From: a virus
Strand: one strand, 5' to 3'
Length of the DNA stretch: 64,000 bases
Virus record (IMG/VR): IMGVR_UViG_3300013006_001433
Span: 14,159-78,158 of that record
Part shown: one piece after another, positions 48,582 to 58,715 of the stretch
Position numbering within the stretch: position 1 is the stretch's first letter
Layout: each line of letters opens with the position of its first letter
The notes under the pieces: model-generated
The model's database searches: none
Seen by the model: only the letters and a program-made list of their open reading frames with translations
Told to the model about the DNA's origin: nothing
Program-made: the position numbers and the translations under genes

Positions 48582-51500
48582 TTAACTACCTTTTGCTAGT
48601 AATCCTCCTGGCCTTTTTTGTTCGATAATTGTTTTAATGGTATTTTCTTTAATCATTTCAGTCAAAGCTTTCATCTTTTGTCCAGATGTTTTGTTTGTAT
48701 CATCGTTATTATTTTCATCATTATTATTAGAATTACTAGATTTAGTTTCGGAAGTATTTCCATCACTTTCAATATTAATAGATATATTAATATTATTTAC
48801 CATTCCTTCATTTGAGGTATTTTTACTTAAGGTGTCATTTAGACTACTTAATGTTTGAGCAAGATCAGATGATTGCGTTTGATTGTTGATACTAGTGTTA
48901 TTATTAATAGTTGAATCTGATACCATTTGTTCAATAATATTTGGATTTTTGGATTCATTAATTGGCCCAACTTGACCACCATTCGCAAATTTACCAACAT
49001 TTCCTCGATTTAGTTTATCAAAGAAATTTGATCCATATTTTTGTACTGCATCTTTACTAACTACGTATTCTCCGTTCATTAATAAAGCTGGAACATCATC
49101 TTGCGCCATTCCACCTTCTGCGAATTTAAATCTATTACTATATTGTAATCCAGAAGAAGAAGAACCTTCTCTTCTAGTATTTGAGTATGAAGTTCCTCCT
49201 CCTAACATACTCGCTAGCATTGGTGCACCTACTGCCCCTGCTCCAAGTAAACCGAACGTAGCTAATTGACTCATCATTGGGCTCATTCCAAAAAGTCCTC
49301 CTGCTCCAGCTGCTGCGGTTGAAGAAGTAACAGCTGTACCAGCCGAACCTATACCAAAACTTGCACCAAAACCAGTTGATCCTCCAATACTTCCTCCAAT
49401 TCCTCCTGCTCCCCCTGCTCCTCCAGCAGCGGCTCCCCCAAATCCTCCAAATGCACCCATTAATAATGATCCTCCGATTGCCATACCAGCATTCAAGAAA
49501 GCAGCTTGCATGCTTTGTTTTTGTTTTCTATTATAAGCATCTAATTGTTGCTGATAAACATATTCTGCTTGTGCTTTTGTATAAATATTTTGATTTAAAG
49601 AATCATTTAAATAACTTTGGTAATCATAATAAGTTTGCTCAGTTTGCATTCTTTCTAAATTTGCTCTATTTGTTTCATCTGTTAAAGCATAATTACTTAA
49701 TCTTGGATCTACTTTTGCTTCGCCTTTCATTTGAGCCATATAAGCTTGTAAAGCAGATATACCTTGGCCAATATCTTTTGTATTTAATCCAGAAGTATTT
49801 TCAAAACCACTCACTACATATTTATTTTCTAATTCTTGTTGAAAGGCCATTCCTCCATCCGCATATCTCCCTGTTAATCCATTGTTTAATGATTGTAAAA
49901 ATCCCATTCCGTAAGCTTGTTGTAAACTTTTAACTGCTCTTGTATTTAATACGTATTCACCTTTAGATAACATCGCTGGAACATCGTCTACTACTCCAGA
50001 CCCACCAGTTACATATCCTCCACTAGCATAACCTTTTACTAAACCTCCTTTAGCCATTCCTCCGCCCAAAAGACCTCCTAAGATTCCCATGTTTGATCCA
50101 CCTAGTGATCCTTGAAGCATATTAAATACTCCGCCAAATAACATTTTAGTAGCTAATTGACTTGAGATTTGAGATATTTGATCTAAAATTTGAATTGTAA
50201 AATTATTAAAAGCGTCTCCAGCAGAGACAGTTCCATTAGCAAAAGCTTGAAATGCATTAGAGAATGAATCTTGAATATTTCTAGCTACATCGACTGCGCT
50301 TGTATTTAAGTCTTGAAATAATTGAGTTCCATTATAACTCATTTGATTAACAAAACTTTGAGCAGATCCAGTTAATGGATTATATGCTTGCGGATTTAAA
50401 CGAGCAAGGTCTTGCTGACGTTGTAATGATCTATTTGCATATTCAGTAGAACTTAAATATCCAGAAGCTAAATCTTTTTGATCTTGTTTATAATCACGTA
50501 TTAATTTTTCTCTTTCCGCTGTTCTCTCTACTTGCAAAGCTATATCCTGTTGAAGAGATTTTTGTTGAGTTAGATAATCAGTTGTAGTTATTTGATTATC
50601 CATTAATTTTTGAACTAATTTTGCTTGTTCGTCTTTTGCTTCTGTTACAATTCTGTCAGCATTAGCTTGATCTTCTAAAGAGCTTGTCATTTGGGTTGTG
50701 CTATTAAGCATATCTCCCATTAAAGCTCCACGTAAAGTTTCTTCAGTTCTGTTTTGTCTATTTAAATCAAGTAATTTAGATAAATTCTCTGCGGCGCTTT
50801 TAGCTTGTACTTCTGATGGATAATTCGTATCATTTACAGCGAGCTTTTGTTGTTCTTCATTTAATTTTGTTTGTAGAAAACTATTTAAAGTTTGAAGTCT
50901 TATCGATTTATTTTCTACGTTTCGAACACTTGTTTGAGCTGCTACGTTTCCATTAGCAATACCTTCTCCACTAGTTGGAACAGTAGGAGCAGTTGGACTT
51001 TCTCCTGTTACTCCAGTTGTTATTTGATCTGCTAACTCTTTTATACTTGCGGATTGTATAGCTATACCTTCGTTAGCTATAAAATCAAAAAACGCAGTAG
51101 AACTTTGCTCTATGTTTGGAATACTAGTTGAAATTGCGTCGTCAAATTTTTGACTTGCATTTAATTGATTTTCTGCAATTTGTTTTAATTGACCTGGACC
51201 AGTTTTAATACCAAAGAAAGAAGCTTTCCTTTGTAAATCAGCAGTAATTCCATTTATGATTTGATCATACAAACCTCCTGGTAATTGACTTTTATTATTT
51301 GGACCAATTTTAAATTCTTTTAAAGTATCTGCAATATTTAGTGCGCCTTGACCTTGTAAGATTGGATTCTTTGAGCCTAACATTCCTTGAGCACTTGTGA
51401 ATTGTTGTGCTTTTTGGAAAAAATCTCCTCTTTTAAAGCTTTCTATTCCACCACCAAAAGTTAAACTTTGACTAATACTAATTAATTTTTTTCTAGCTAA

Positions 51501-54500
51501 AGTTTCCTCTTCAATGGTTCTTCTACTTGTTTCTTGAATTTTACTTGCGGAATCTAGTTTATTTATATAATCTGGTAATGATTTACTTGCTATTTCATTA
51601 AAGCTATTGGACGCTTCTATTAGATTTAATTTTATATCCTCATTCCCTTGTGACAAATTTTGACTAAAAATTATTAATTCCTTACTAGCCTCTGAAGCTG
51701 CTTTCATTCCTGCTTCTGGACTAATTGCAAATTCATTTGTAACTTTAGTTCTTAATTCATCTATTTTATTTAAACCTTTTATAATATCAGTATTGCTTGT
51801 ATTTGTATTTGATGTTCTAAATTTATCCGCTGCATTTGAGCCAACTTCAGCAAGTTTTTGAACTATATTTTGTCTTGCTCCAAGTTTCTGTTGTGCAGCT
51901 TGTGCGTCAACTAATATTTTATCAAAATTAGCAGTAATATCGGTAAGCGCAAATTCTCCAGCAAATATTTTTGTTAATTCTAATATTCTTGATTTTGAAC
52001 TTTGAAGTTGATTAGTAGAATTGGTAATTAAAGCTTCAGAATCACTAAATCTTTTATTAATTTCTATTATAGTATTTGTTGTTGCAGTTATAAATGTATT
52101 AACTGCATTTTTAACAATTTTAGTATAGTCTGCTCCCGCGCTACTACCTTTTTTACCTGATTCATATGCTTTTTTCAAATCTTCTAAACCTAAATATTTA
52201 TTTAGAAGTTCTTCCCATGAAGCTTGATTAATACCTTCTGGTTTTATATTTTTTAATATATCTTTAATTTCTTCTGGTGATTTTGTAATATTTTCAATAG
52301 CAACTTCTGCGACACTCTTATTTAAAGAAGTCATTTGTGTTGGAAGCGCTTTTAATGCGTTGTCAAGAGCAGCTTTTTGTTTAACGATTGATTCTGGATT
52401 TTCTTTTAAATATCTTGCTCTTTCTTCTTCTGGAGAAGTTATTGTACCTAATGGTCCCCCAATTTGATTACCTTGTATAGTAGCATAATTTCTTAAAGTA
52501 GACATTACATAATCCATGGGACCAGTTTGTTGAGTTAAATTATATTCTCTTAAAGCTTTTTCTGCTTGTTGTGCTTGTAAAACTCCTTGTTGACTTTGAA
52601 TTACTTGAGTTTCTATTTGTTGAACTTTAAGTTTATCTCCTCTAGAAAATGCTTCCATTAAAGCATCTCTGAATTCTGGCGCAATTCCACTCAGAGCAGA
52701 AGCTTGTTCTGCTTGTAATTTCGATAAATCTTGTTGATTTAATTTTATATTTCCACTTATTGCATTTGAAATTTTTTCAGTTACCACATTAAATCTACTG
52801 AAACTATCATTTAAACCATTAAGTTTTTCTTGAGATAGTTCTATTTGTTTTCCTAATTTTATAATTGGAGCTTCATCTATTTGTTTTTGAACATCTATAA
52901 GAGCAGTTACTCCTCCTATTAAACCTCCAACTATCGCTCCATAAGGACCACCTAATTGAGCTCCAGTTAATGCAAAACTTGCTGTGCTACTTACTCCACT
53001 TACTATTGATCTTCCTACTGTTGCGTTTTCTGGTAATGCAGAAGATATTGCTCCACCTAAAACTGGTAATGCAATTGAAGCCGCTAATCCTCCAGGACCA
53101 GTCGAAACATTTCTTCCAAAATCTTTTATTTTTTGCCCAAATCCTTGTCTTGCTCCAACCGTGGCTATATTTGAAATTCTTTTAGCGCTTTGCGCAGTTA
53201 CTCCGTATTCTTTTGCTACTTTATCTGCTTCAATATTAGCTTGTTGCACAGAAATTTCTTGTCTAGTTAATTTTTCTTTAATAGATATTAATTTTTGTCT
53301 AATTTCTTGATTAGCAACCTTTGTATCTAATGCTCCTAAACCTCCTACTTCAAAATTAAATGGCGCAAAATTAGGAACAAATCCATGAGATGCTCCAGAT
53401 TTTCTAGCAGAGAATACATCTTTAAATCTAGCAATGCCTTGTGCTAATCCAGCTGGTTCGTCTTTTGTATTATAAACTCCAAGACCAAGTGGATTTTGCG
53501 AGTTAGATAATCTTGAATCTTGACCAACCCTAATTGATGATGGAGAAACTCCAGCAGACACTTCTCTTGCTACAGAATTTGTTAGTGGAGAATAATTTGG
53601 TATAAATCCTTGGCTTTTTAAATTTTTATTTAAATAAGCAGATACGATAGCTTGTCTGCTCGCTTTTTCTTTATTAATTCCTTCTTTATCTAGTCCTGCT
53701 GTAGTTTGAAATACTCCTTTTCCTAAAACTCCACTAGCTCTAATAATTTTATCGGCCATCCCACTTCTATTTGCTGGACTAGAATCGTTAATTTTAAAAT
53801 CTGCTAAAGGAGTATTGTAACCAAATAACTTTCTAAGTTCTGGATTAGATCTCAATACGTCAAATTCTAATCCTTCTGCGCTTGCTGCTTTAATTCCCAA
53901 AGCTAATCCTAGACCAACTTCAAATGCTCCTCCAGCAGCAGCTTGAACCGCTCCTCTTGCTCCTGGAGTTTTTTTAATTGCTTCGATTATTTCTGTTGGA
54001 TTTGGTTTTTCGGCTGGAGGTTTAATTGATTCCGCATAATTTGCTGTTGCAATAGCAACTGCATCTTCTATACTTTTTTTTATATTGCCAATTGCTGCTT
54101 CATTTTTATACGCTTTATTATAAGTTTTAACTGGCCAAATTACTCTTGTTCCTGCATTAGGCCCTTTTTCATAAGTATATGATCCTTCTGATGAACCACT
54201 AAAACCTTCTCTAGGAACAAGCATTGTAGCAATTCCTCGTCCATCTAGAACAGATGTTGATTTAGATTTTGCTCCTAATGCTTTTTGAATTTCAGACTGA
54301 CTTGCGGTTAATCCAGTATCTCCTATTTCAAATTTTTTACTAGTACCTATTTGTTTAAAGTTGCCTTCATTTTCTCTTATTATGGCATTTGAAGCTGTTG
54401 CGAAATTTGGTATATATCCAATTGCTGCATATGGATTAAATCCTAATTTCTTTTGAAATGCTTCTGCATAATTTTTTCCAGCACTACTTGCTTGAGGAGG

Positions 54501-56291
54501 CATAATTGCTGGTTGAGCCATTCCTGGAAATTGTTTTACTTCTTCTGCTTGATTATAAACTACTTGACCTGCTCCAGGAATATTCATTCTTGAAATTGCG
54601 CCTGGTTTGTATCCTCCTAGATATGCCCCATAAACTTCAGCTTGTTCTGGTGAAGAAAAATTAGGAATAAATCCACCACTTTTTGCTGAAATTTTTCCTC
54701 CTGTTGATGCTACTCCTCTACCAATTAAATTACCAGCTATTACGTTAGATATTCTTGCGGATTGCTCTCTTGCTACAGTTTGAGCTTGAATAACTTTTAG
54801 AATATCATTCTCAACGGCTAATAAACTAATCTCTTTGCTTAATATTCCTTGTATTAAATTAGGATTTTGAGATAAAAGATTATTTACTCTTTGTTGAATT
54901 TCTGCTTGCTGTTGGGTGCTTTTATTAATTTCCAGAATTTGACCTACAGCTTGACTACTAAATTTTGCTAAGTTTACAAATAACTTTCCTATAACTGCTC
55001 CAACAAGAGCTAATCCTGGTCCACTAATATAATTTCCTAAACCTTCTAAAAGTCCTTTAGCTAATTTTTCTCCTGGTCCCTTTGCATCTCCAATATTTAT
55101 AGATTCTAATGCGCCATTAATATTTCCTAACACACTTTGAATTGCTGGTCCTAGAGTTAAACCGCCAATATCTGAAGCAAGTTTTGTAAAATTTGCAGAA
55201 GTTTGATTAATTAAAGCTGAAAATGTTTGATTTAATTGTTCGTTTCTTTTTACAGCTGCATCTGTAGCTCCTGAACTTGTATCTAAAGCATTATTATAAA
55301 TAGAATATTGTTTACCTAAATCTCCTAATGCTGCTTTCAAAATGTTAATTTGGAAAACGCCACCAACAAGTTCTGCCACATTTGCTCTTTGGGCATCTGA
55401 TAATCCATCAAATCTTTGAGCAAGTTGGCTTAATGTATCAATTGCTGGACGAAAACTTCCATCTAAATTTCTAACTTGAATATTTAGACTTTCTAATTGA
55501 TCTAATACTTCTGTTCTTTCCAAACGGGTAAAAATAGTTTTTAAAGAATTTCCAATGACTGCTCCACCTCTAGCTGTTGTTTGTTGAACGCTTGTTACTA
55601 ATGCTATTAATTGATCAAAATTAACACCAACACCTTCTGCAGATGAACCTACTCGTTGAATTGCTTCGGCTAAATCTGCACTACTAACTGCAAATGCAGC
55701 GTCAACAGTCGCTAATTTATTAACGATTTCTGTTGAGTCCAAAGCTACTTTATTAAAACTATTAATTGTTGCAGTAAGAGCTTCTGTACTTGATACAACA
55801 TCTAAACCACTTAATCTTGTTAAAATTAATGCATCTCTTGTTCTTTTTAAAGTTTCTGCAACCCCTAAGCCTTGACGAGAAAATTCTGCTGCTGCTTGAG
55901 ATATGGTATCAAAACTTTGACCAGTATCGCCTGCGATTTTAAATAATTGATCTCCAAATCCTTGCAAACTTTTAGAACTTAATCCAAGAATTGAATTAAT
56001 ATCTGCTAGGTTTTTTTGTACTTTAATTGTTGAAGTAATTAAAGCTTCAAACCCTTTTTGAACAGCAAAAATTGCTCCAGCAGAAGCTCCGAATGCTAAA
56101 ACACGAGCATTAGACGCATCTAAAGATTTCCTAAATTCATCTACTGCACCAGTAATTCGACCAAGAGGTTGAGAAAATGCTTTTTCATTTAATCCCTTTA
56201 ATTGATAATTTTTACTAAGTGCCGCAGAGATATCATTCTCTAGTGGCCTTGTATCTGCACCTACTGGGACTCTTCCGACTACATTAGCCAT
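48582..56291 (-). CDS. tail tape measure protein (TP901-type core), 2569 aa
   Basis: EFSRQGL...D...AVSS.DLA.A...G...G..IGNSLKTIF.R core, long helical regions, hydrophobic segments, C-terminal DDVPA.L..GEYV and IIEQKRPGGLL. Confidence 0.93.
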   Translation of the reverse strand: MANVVGRVPVGADTRPLENDISAALSKNYQLKGLNEKAFSQPLGRITGAVDEFRKSLDASNARVLAFGASAGAIFAVQKGFEALITSTIKVQKNLADINSILGLSSKSLQGFGDQLFKIAGDTGQSFDTISQAAAEFSRQGLGVAETLKRTRDALILTRLSGLDVVSSTEALTATINSFNKVALDSTEIVNKLATVDAAFAVSSADLAEAIQRVGSSAEGVGVNFDQLIALVTSVQQTTARGGAVIGNSLKTIFTRLERTEVLDQLESLNIQVRNLDGSFRPAIDTLSQLAQRFDGLSDAQRANVAELVGGVFQINILKAALGDLGKQYSIYNNALDTSSGATDAAVKRNEQLNQTFSALINQTSANFTKLASDIGGLTLGPAIQSVLGNINGALESINIGDAKGPGEKLAKGLLEGLGNYISGPGLALVGAVIGKLFVNLAKFSSQAVGQILEINKSTQQQAEIQQRVNNLLSQNPNLIQGILSKEISLLAVENDILKVIQAQTVAREQSARISNVIAGNLIGRGVASTGGKISAKSGGFIPNFSSPEQAEVYGAYLGGYKPGAISRMNIPGAGQVVYNQAEEVKQFPGMAQPAIMPPQASSAGKNYAEAFQKKLGFNPYAAIGYIPNFATASNAIIRENEGNFKQIGTSKKFEIGDTGLTASQSEIQKALGAKSKSTSVLDGRGIATMLVPREGFSGSSEGSYTYEKGPNAGTRVIWPVKTYNKAYKNEAAIGNIKKSIEDAVAIATANYAESIKPPAEKPNPTEIIEAIKKTPGARGAVQAAAGGAFEVGLGLALGIKAASAEGLEFDVLRSNPELRKLFGYNTPLADFKINDSSPANRSGMADKIIRASGVLGKGVFQTTAGLDKEGINKEKASRQAIVSAYLNKNLKSQGFIPNYSPLTNSVAREVSAGVSPSSIRVGQDSRLSNSQNPLGLGVYNTKDEPAGLAQGIARFKDVFSARKSGASHGFVPNFAPFNFEVGGLGALDTKVANQEIRQKLISIKEKLTRQEISVQQANIEADKVAKEYGVTAQSAKRISNIATVGARQGFGQKIKDFGRNVSTGPGGLAASIALPVLGGAISSALPENATVGRSIVSGVSSTASFALTGAQLGGPYGAIVGGLIGGVTALIDVQKQIDEAPIIKLGKQIELSQEKLNGLNDSFSRFNVVTEKISNAISGNIKLNQQDLSKLQAEQASALSGIAPEFRDALMEAFSRGDKLKVQQIETQVIQSQQGVLQAQQAEKALREYNLTQQTGPMDYVMSTLRNYATIQGNQIGGPLGTITSPEEERARYLKENPESIVKQKAALDNALKALPTQMTSLNKSVAEVAIENITKSPEEIKDILKNIKPEGINQASWEELLNKYLGLEDLKKAYESGKKGSSAGADYTKIVKNAVNTFITATTNTIIEINKRFSDSEALITNSTNQLQSSKSRILELTKIFAGEFALTDITANFDKILVDAQAAQQKLGARQNIVQKLAEVGSNAADKFRTSNTNTSNTDIIKGLNKIDELRTKVTNEFAISPEAGMKAASEASKELIIFSQNLSQGNEDIKLNLIEASNSFNEIASKSLPDYINKLDSASKIQETSRRTIEEETLARKKLISISQSLTFGGGIESFKRGDFFQKAQQFTSAQGMLGSKNPILQGQGALNIADTLKEFKIGPNNKSQLPGGLYDQIINGITADLQRKASFFGIKTGPGQLKQIAENQLNASQKFDDAISTSIPNIEQSSTAFFDFIANEGIAIQSASIKELADQITTGVTGESPTAPTVPTSGEGIANGNVAAQTSVRNVENKSIRLQTLNSFLQTKLNEEQQKLAVNDTNYPSEVQAKSAAENLSKLLDLNRQNRTEETLRGALMGDMLNSTTQMTSSLEDQANADRIVTEAKDEQAKLVQKLMDNQITTTDYLTQQKSLQQDIALQVERTAEREKLIRDYKQDQKDLASGYLSSTEYANRSLQRQQDLARLNPQAYNPLTGSAQSFVNQMSYNGTQLFQDLNTSAVDVARNIQDSFSNAFQAFANGTVSAGDAFNNFTIQILDQISQISSQLATKMLFGGVFNMLQGSLGGSNMGILGGLLGGGMAKGGLVKGYASGGYVTGGSGVVDDVPAMLSKGEYVLNTRAVKSLQQAYGMGFLQSLNNGLTGRYADGGMAFQQELENKYVVSGFENTSGLNTKDIGQGISALQAYMAQMKGEAKVDPRLSNYALTDETNRANLERMQTEQTYYDYQSYLNDSLNQNIYTKAQAEYVYQQQLDAYNRKQKQSMQAAFLNAGMAIGGSLLMGAFGGFGGAAAGGAGGAGGIGGSIGGSTGFGASFGIGSAGTAVTSSTAAAGAGGLFGMSPMMSQLATFGLLGAGAVGAPMLASMLGGGTSYSNTRREGSSSSGLQYSNRFKFAEGGMAQDDVPALLMNGEYVVSKDAVQKYGSNFFDKLNRGNVGKFANGGQVGPINESKNPNIIEQMVSDSTINNNTSINNQTQSSDLAQTLSSLNDTLSKNTSNEGMVNNINISINIESDGNTSETKSSNSNNNDENNNDDTNKTSGQKMKALTEMIKENTIKTIIEQKRPGGLLAKGS

Positions 56292-56316
56292 TCCTTATAC
56301 CTCTTTCCTGTGATAA

Positions 56317-56323
56317 ATTACAC
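56317..56323 (-). promoter_or_regulatory. GTGTAAT motif upstream of the tape measure
   Basis: Minus strand AGTGTAATTTATCACAGGAAAGAGGTATAAGGA-ATG. Confidence 0.6.
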
Positions 56324-56329
56324 TAAATA

Positions 56330-57328
56330 TTAAGCATTATGTAATTTTATGAGGTCTTGGAATGACAATGATCCGCCTTTCTTTTCTGCTTCTTTTACTA
56401 AACTTATACCATCTTTATTTTCCATACCGACTTTCTTTAAATCTTCAGCAGAAGCTCCCACGAGAGATGTACCTAAAGTTTCTTCTGATTTTTTATTTTT
56501 TGATTTGCCTAATAATTCATTAGTATTTTTCGATCCTTCATACCAATCAATTAATGCTTCTGGATCTTCCATAACATTGTCTGGTGGTCTTGTTGTGCTG
56601 TTGGTTAATATATTCTTATAATATTTAGCACAAGCAAATAGCTCAATTTGACTAAATGTTAAATTTATAACAGGTTTCCCAAAAAATACATAAGGATCAT
56701 CATCACATAAATAAAATGAATTTAAAAAGAACCCCGAAAGTGATATCTTCTTAATATTCTTTTCTGTAATTTTAGATAATCCAATATTATATTTAGCGTA
56801 AAATTCAAATAATTCATTATAGTCTAATTCATCAAATTGCTCTTCTGTGAATAGCCTATTAATTAAACTTTCGTCTTTATACAAAGAACAATATACATAG
56901 TATTCGTTTATTTTCTTGTTTGTATACGATTCAAGGGTAGTACCTAGTAACTCTTGTTTTTCTGCTGATATTGAATTTAAATTATCCTCATTTTCTTTGA
57001 TTTGTTTATTAATATCTTCAATATCTCTTGATAATATAAGCTTTGTCTTAGTATATTTAAGGTTTTTAATAAAATCCCTTAATTTGAGTACCTCTTCTTC
57101 TCTGGCTTTTGACCAATTATCTTTAGCTATAAGATTATCCATCTGAGTCTTTTCGTCTAAAAGACCTAATTTTCTAGCTTTTGCTTCTATTTTTAATTTT
57201 CTAGTATTAACAAGATTAATATCTTGTAGAGAGAAATGCTTTATATAAAAAGATATTTTACTATCGCTATAAAACGAATAACCGTTTATAATATCGTAAT
57301 ATATTAATTTATATTCCTCTTGGTTCAA
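56330..57328 (-). CDS. putative tail assembly chaperone 2
   Basis: Synteny immediately upstream of the tape measure. Charged helical protein with TTG start. Confidence 0.55.
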   Translation of the reverse strand: MNQEEYKLIYYDIINGYSFYSDSKISFYIKHFSLQDINLVNTRKLKIEAKARKLGLLDEKTQMDNLIAKDNWSKAREEEVLKLRDFIKNLKYTKTKLILSRDIEDINKQIKENEDNLNSISAEKQELLGTTLESYTNKKINEYYVYCSLYKDESLINRLFTEEQFDELDYNELFEFYAKYNIGLSKITEKNIKKISLSGFFLNSFYLCDDDPYVFFGKPVINLTFSQIELFACAKYYKNILTNSTTRPPDNVMEDPEALIDWYEGSKNTNELLGKSKNKKSEETLGTSLVGASAEDLKKVGMENKDGISLVKEAEKKGGSLSFQDLIKLHNA

Positions 57329-57330
57329 AG

Positions 57331-58071
57331 TTATACATTTTCAAATGTTACCAATTTTTCAAATTCTTCTTGAGTACTAGCTCTTCCCATGTACCAGAAG
57401 CTAATATAAAACGCAAACTTTTTAACTACAGTTTTTAACCATTCATCAGTACCATCTTCAAACGCGTCATATATTGCTAATCTTTCTTCATGAGTACCTT
57501 CGCCAAATAAACAGGCTTCCTTATTTTCCTTGTCTATCATATAAGATAGATTCAAAATCCACCAAAGAATAGTTTTATTTCTTGCTCTATTTTCTGCCGT
57601 TTGATCAAATAAACTAGCTTGTGCAATTTCAAAATCTTGAATTTCTGTTCTAAGATTAATAATTTCAGCAGTTAAGTTATCGAAATGTTCCTGTTCATCT
57701 TTTGATCTTTCGTTCTTTTCTTTAATAGACATTTTTTGATATTCATTTTGTTTTTCAAAAAGTTTTAAATAAAATTCAGCATACTTTTCTTTATCTTTTT
57801 CACTTAAAGCTCCGCCATCATTTGAATACCTCTTAGATAATAAGGATCTTGTCAATAACCCAGCTTTAATTCCTTCTGAAAGTCTTACAGCATAAAATAG
57901 TTCGGCTTCTTCAAACATAGATCTTGTTGGTTTTTTAATAAAGAAATTACGAGGAACAAGCTCTTTGCCCTTGGAGGTAATCTTTATTTCCTTACCACCT
58001 TCAAGTTTAGTTTCAATTTTATCTACCTCTTCTTCTTTTTTTACTATAAATTCATATATTTTTTTAGTCAT
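57331..58071 (-). CDS. putative tail assembly chaperone 1
   Basis: Between tail tube and tape measure. FFIKKPT motif, coiled coil. Confidence 0.55.
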   Translation of the reverse strand: MTKKIYEFIVKKEEEVDKIETKLEGGKEIKITSKGKELVPRNFFIKKPTRSMFEEAELFYAVRLSEGIKAGLLTRSLLSKRYSNDGGALSEKDKEKYAEFYLKLFEKQNEYQKMSIKEKNERSKDEQEHFDNLTAEIINLRTEIQDFEIAQASLFDQTAENRARNKTILWWILNLSYMIDKENKEACLFGEGTHEERLAIYDAFEDGTDEWLKTVVKKFAFYISFWYMGRASTQEEFEKLVTFENV

Positions 58072-58075
58072 ATTT

Positions 58076-58336
58076 TTATACTCCTACTTTTAAAGATTCA
58101 ATAAAACCTTTTGTTTTTTTATAATTAGCATTTCCACCTATAAGTTTTATAAAAACATTTTGTTTTTCTTCGTTCCAAGAGCTATATTGATTTAAAAAAT
58201 TTTTATTTTTAAATGTATTCAAGGAAGGATTTTTAATTCCTAATTTGTTTAATTCTCTTTGTATTGCTTGCATCTCCAAGTTCGCTTGGATAATAGCATC
58301 AATAGGAAAACTAATATATTTATTTCTCATTTTCAT
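58076..58336 (-). CDS. hypothetical protein
   Basis: Short ORF overlapping the upstream gene. Start uncertain (ATG 58336 or 58330). Confidence 0.5.
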   Translation of the reverse strand: MKMRNKYISFPIDAIIQANLEMQAIQRELNKLGIKNPSLNTFKNKNFLNQYSSWNEEKQNVFIKLIGGNANYKKTKGFIESLKVGV

Positions 58337-58619
58337 CTTTAAATTCCATTTTAATAAAGTCAAAATTTTTCTCTATATCTCTTATTGTTTCGTTACCTAT
58401 ATCAAGTATTTTCTTTCTTAAGTAATTATATTTATTATCATCAAAATAATCAATATTTTTTAATGTATTTTGATCTATTTTGCTTGATATTTTATCTATC
58501 ATAGTGTTATGATCTTCTTGAATATCTTCTATTAAATTAAGATATCTTTTGTATAAATTAACTAAACTTTTATGTATCTGAAAAGATACGTAATCTTTTA
58601 CTTTATTATTATTTTGCAT
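58320..58619 (-). CDS. hypothetical helical protein
   Basis: 99-aa ORF preceded by GTGTAAA (58657-58663) and an AGGTATAAG leader motif. Confidence 0.65.
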   Translation of the reverse strand: MQNNNKVKDYVSFQIHKSLVNLYKRYLNLIEDIQEDHNTMIDKISSKIDQNTLKNIDYFDDNKYNYLRKKILDIGNETIRDIEKNFDFIKMEFKDENEK

Positions 58620-58663
58620 AGCTTATACCTTTTAACCGACCTTTTACCTACATATGTTTACAC

Positions 58664-58690
58664 TAAAAACCCCGCCGAAGCGGGGCTTTT
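58664..58690 (-). terminator. Rho-independent terminator after the major tail gene
   Basis: Minus strand AAAAGCCCCGC-TTCG-GCGGGGTTTTT (cUUCGg tetraloop and U-tract). T-tract on both strands. Confidence 0.92.
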
Positions 58691-58715
58691 AATATTAACA
58701 ATTAATTAATAGTTA

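Noticed and set aside
57320-57365. Programmed -1 frameshift between tail chaperone genes (lambda G/GT type)
   Set aside because: No XXXYYYZ heptamer. The downstream frame has a TGA only five codons before its TTG start.
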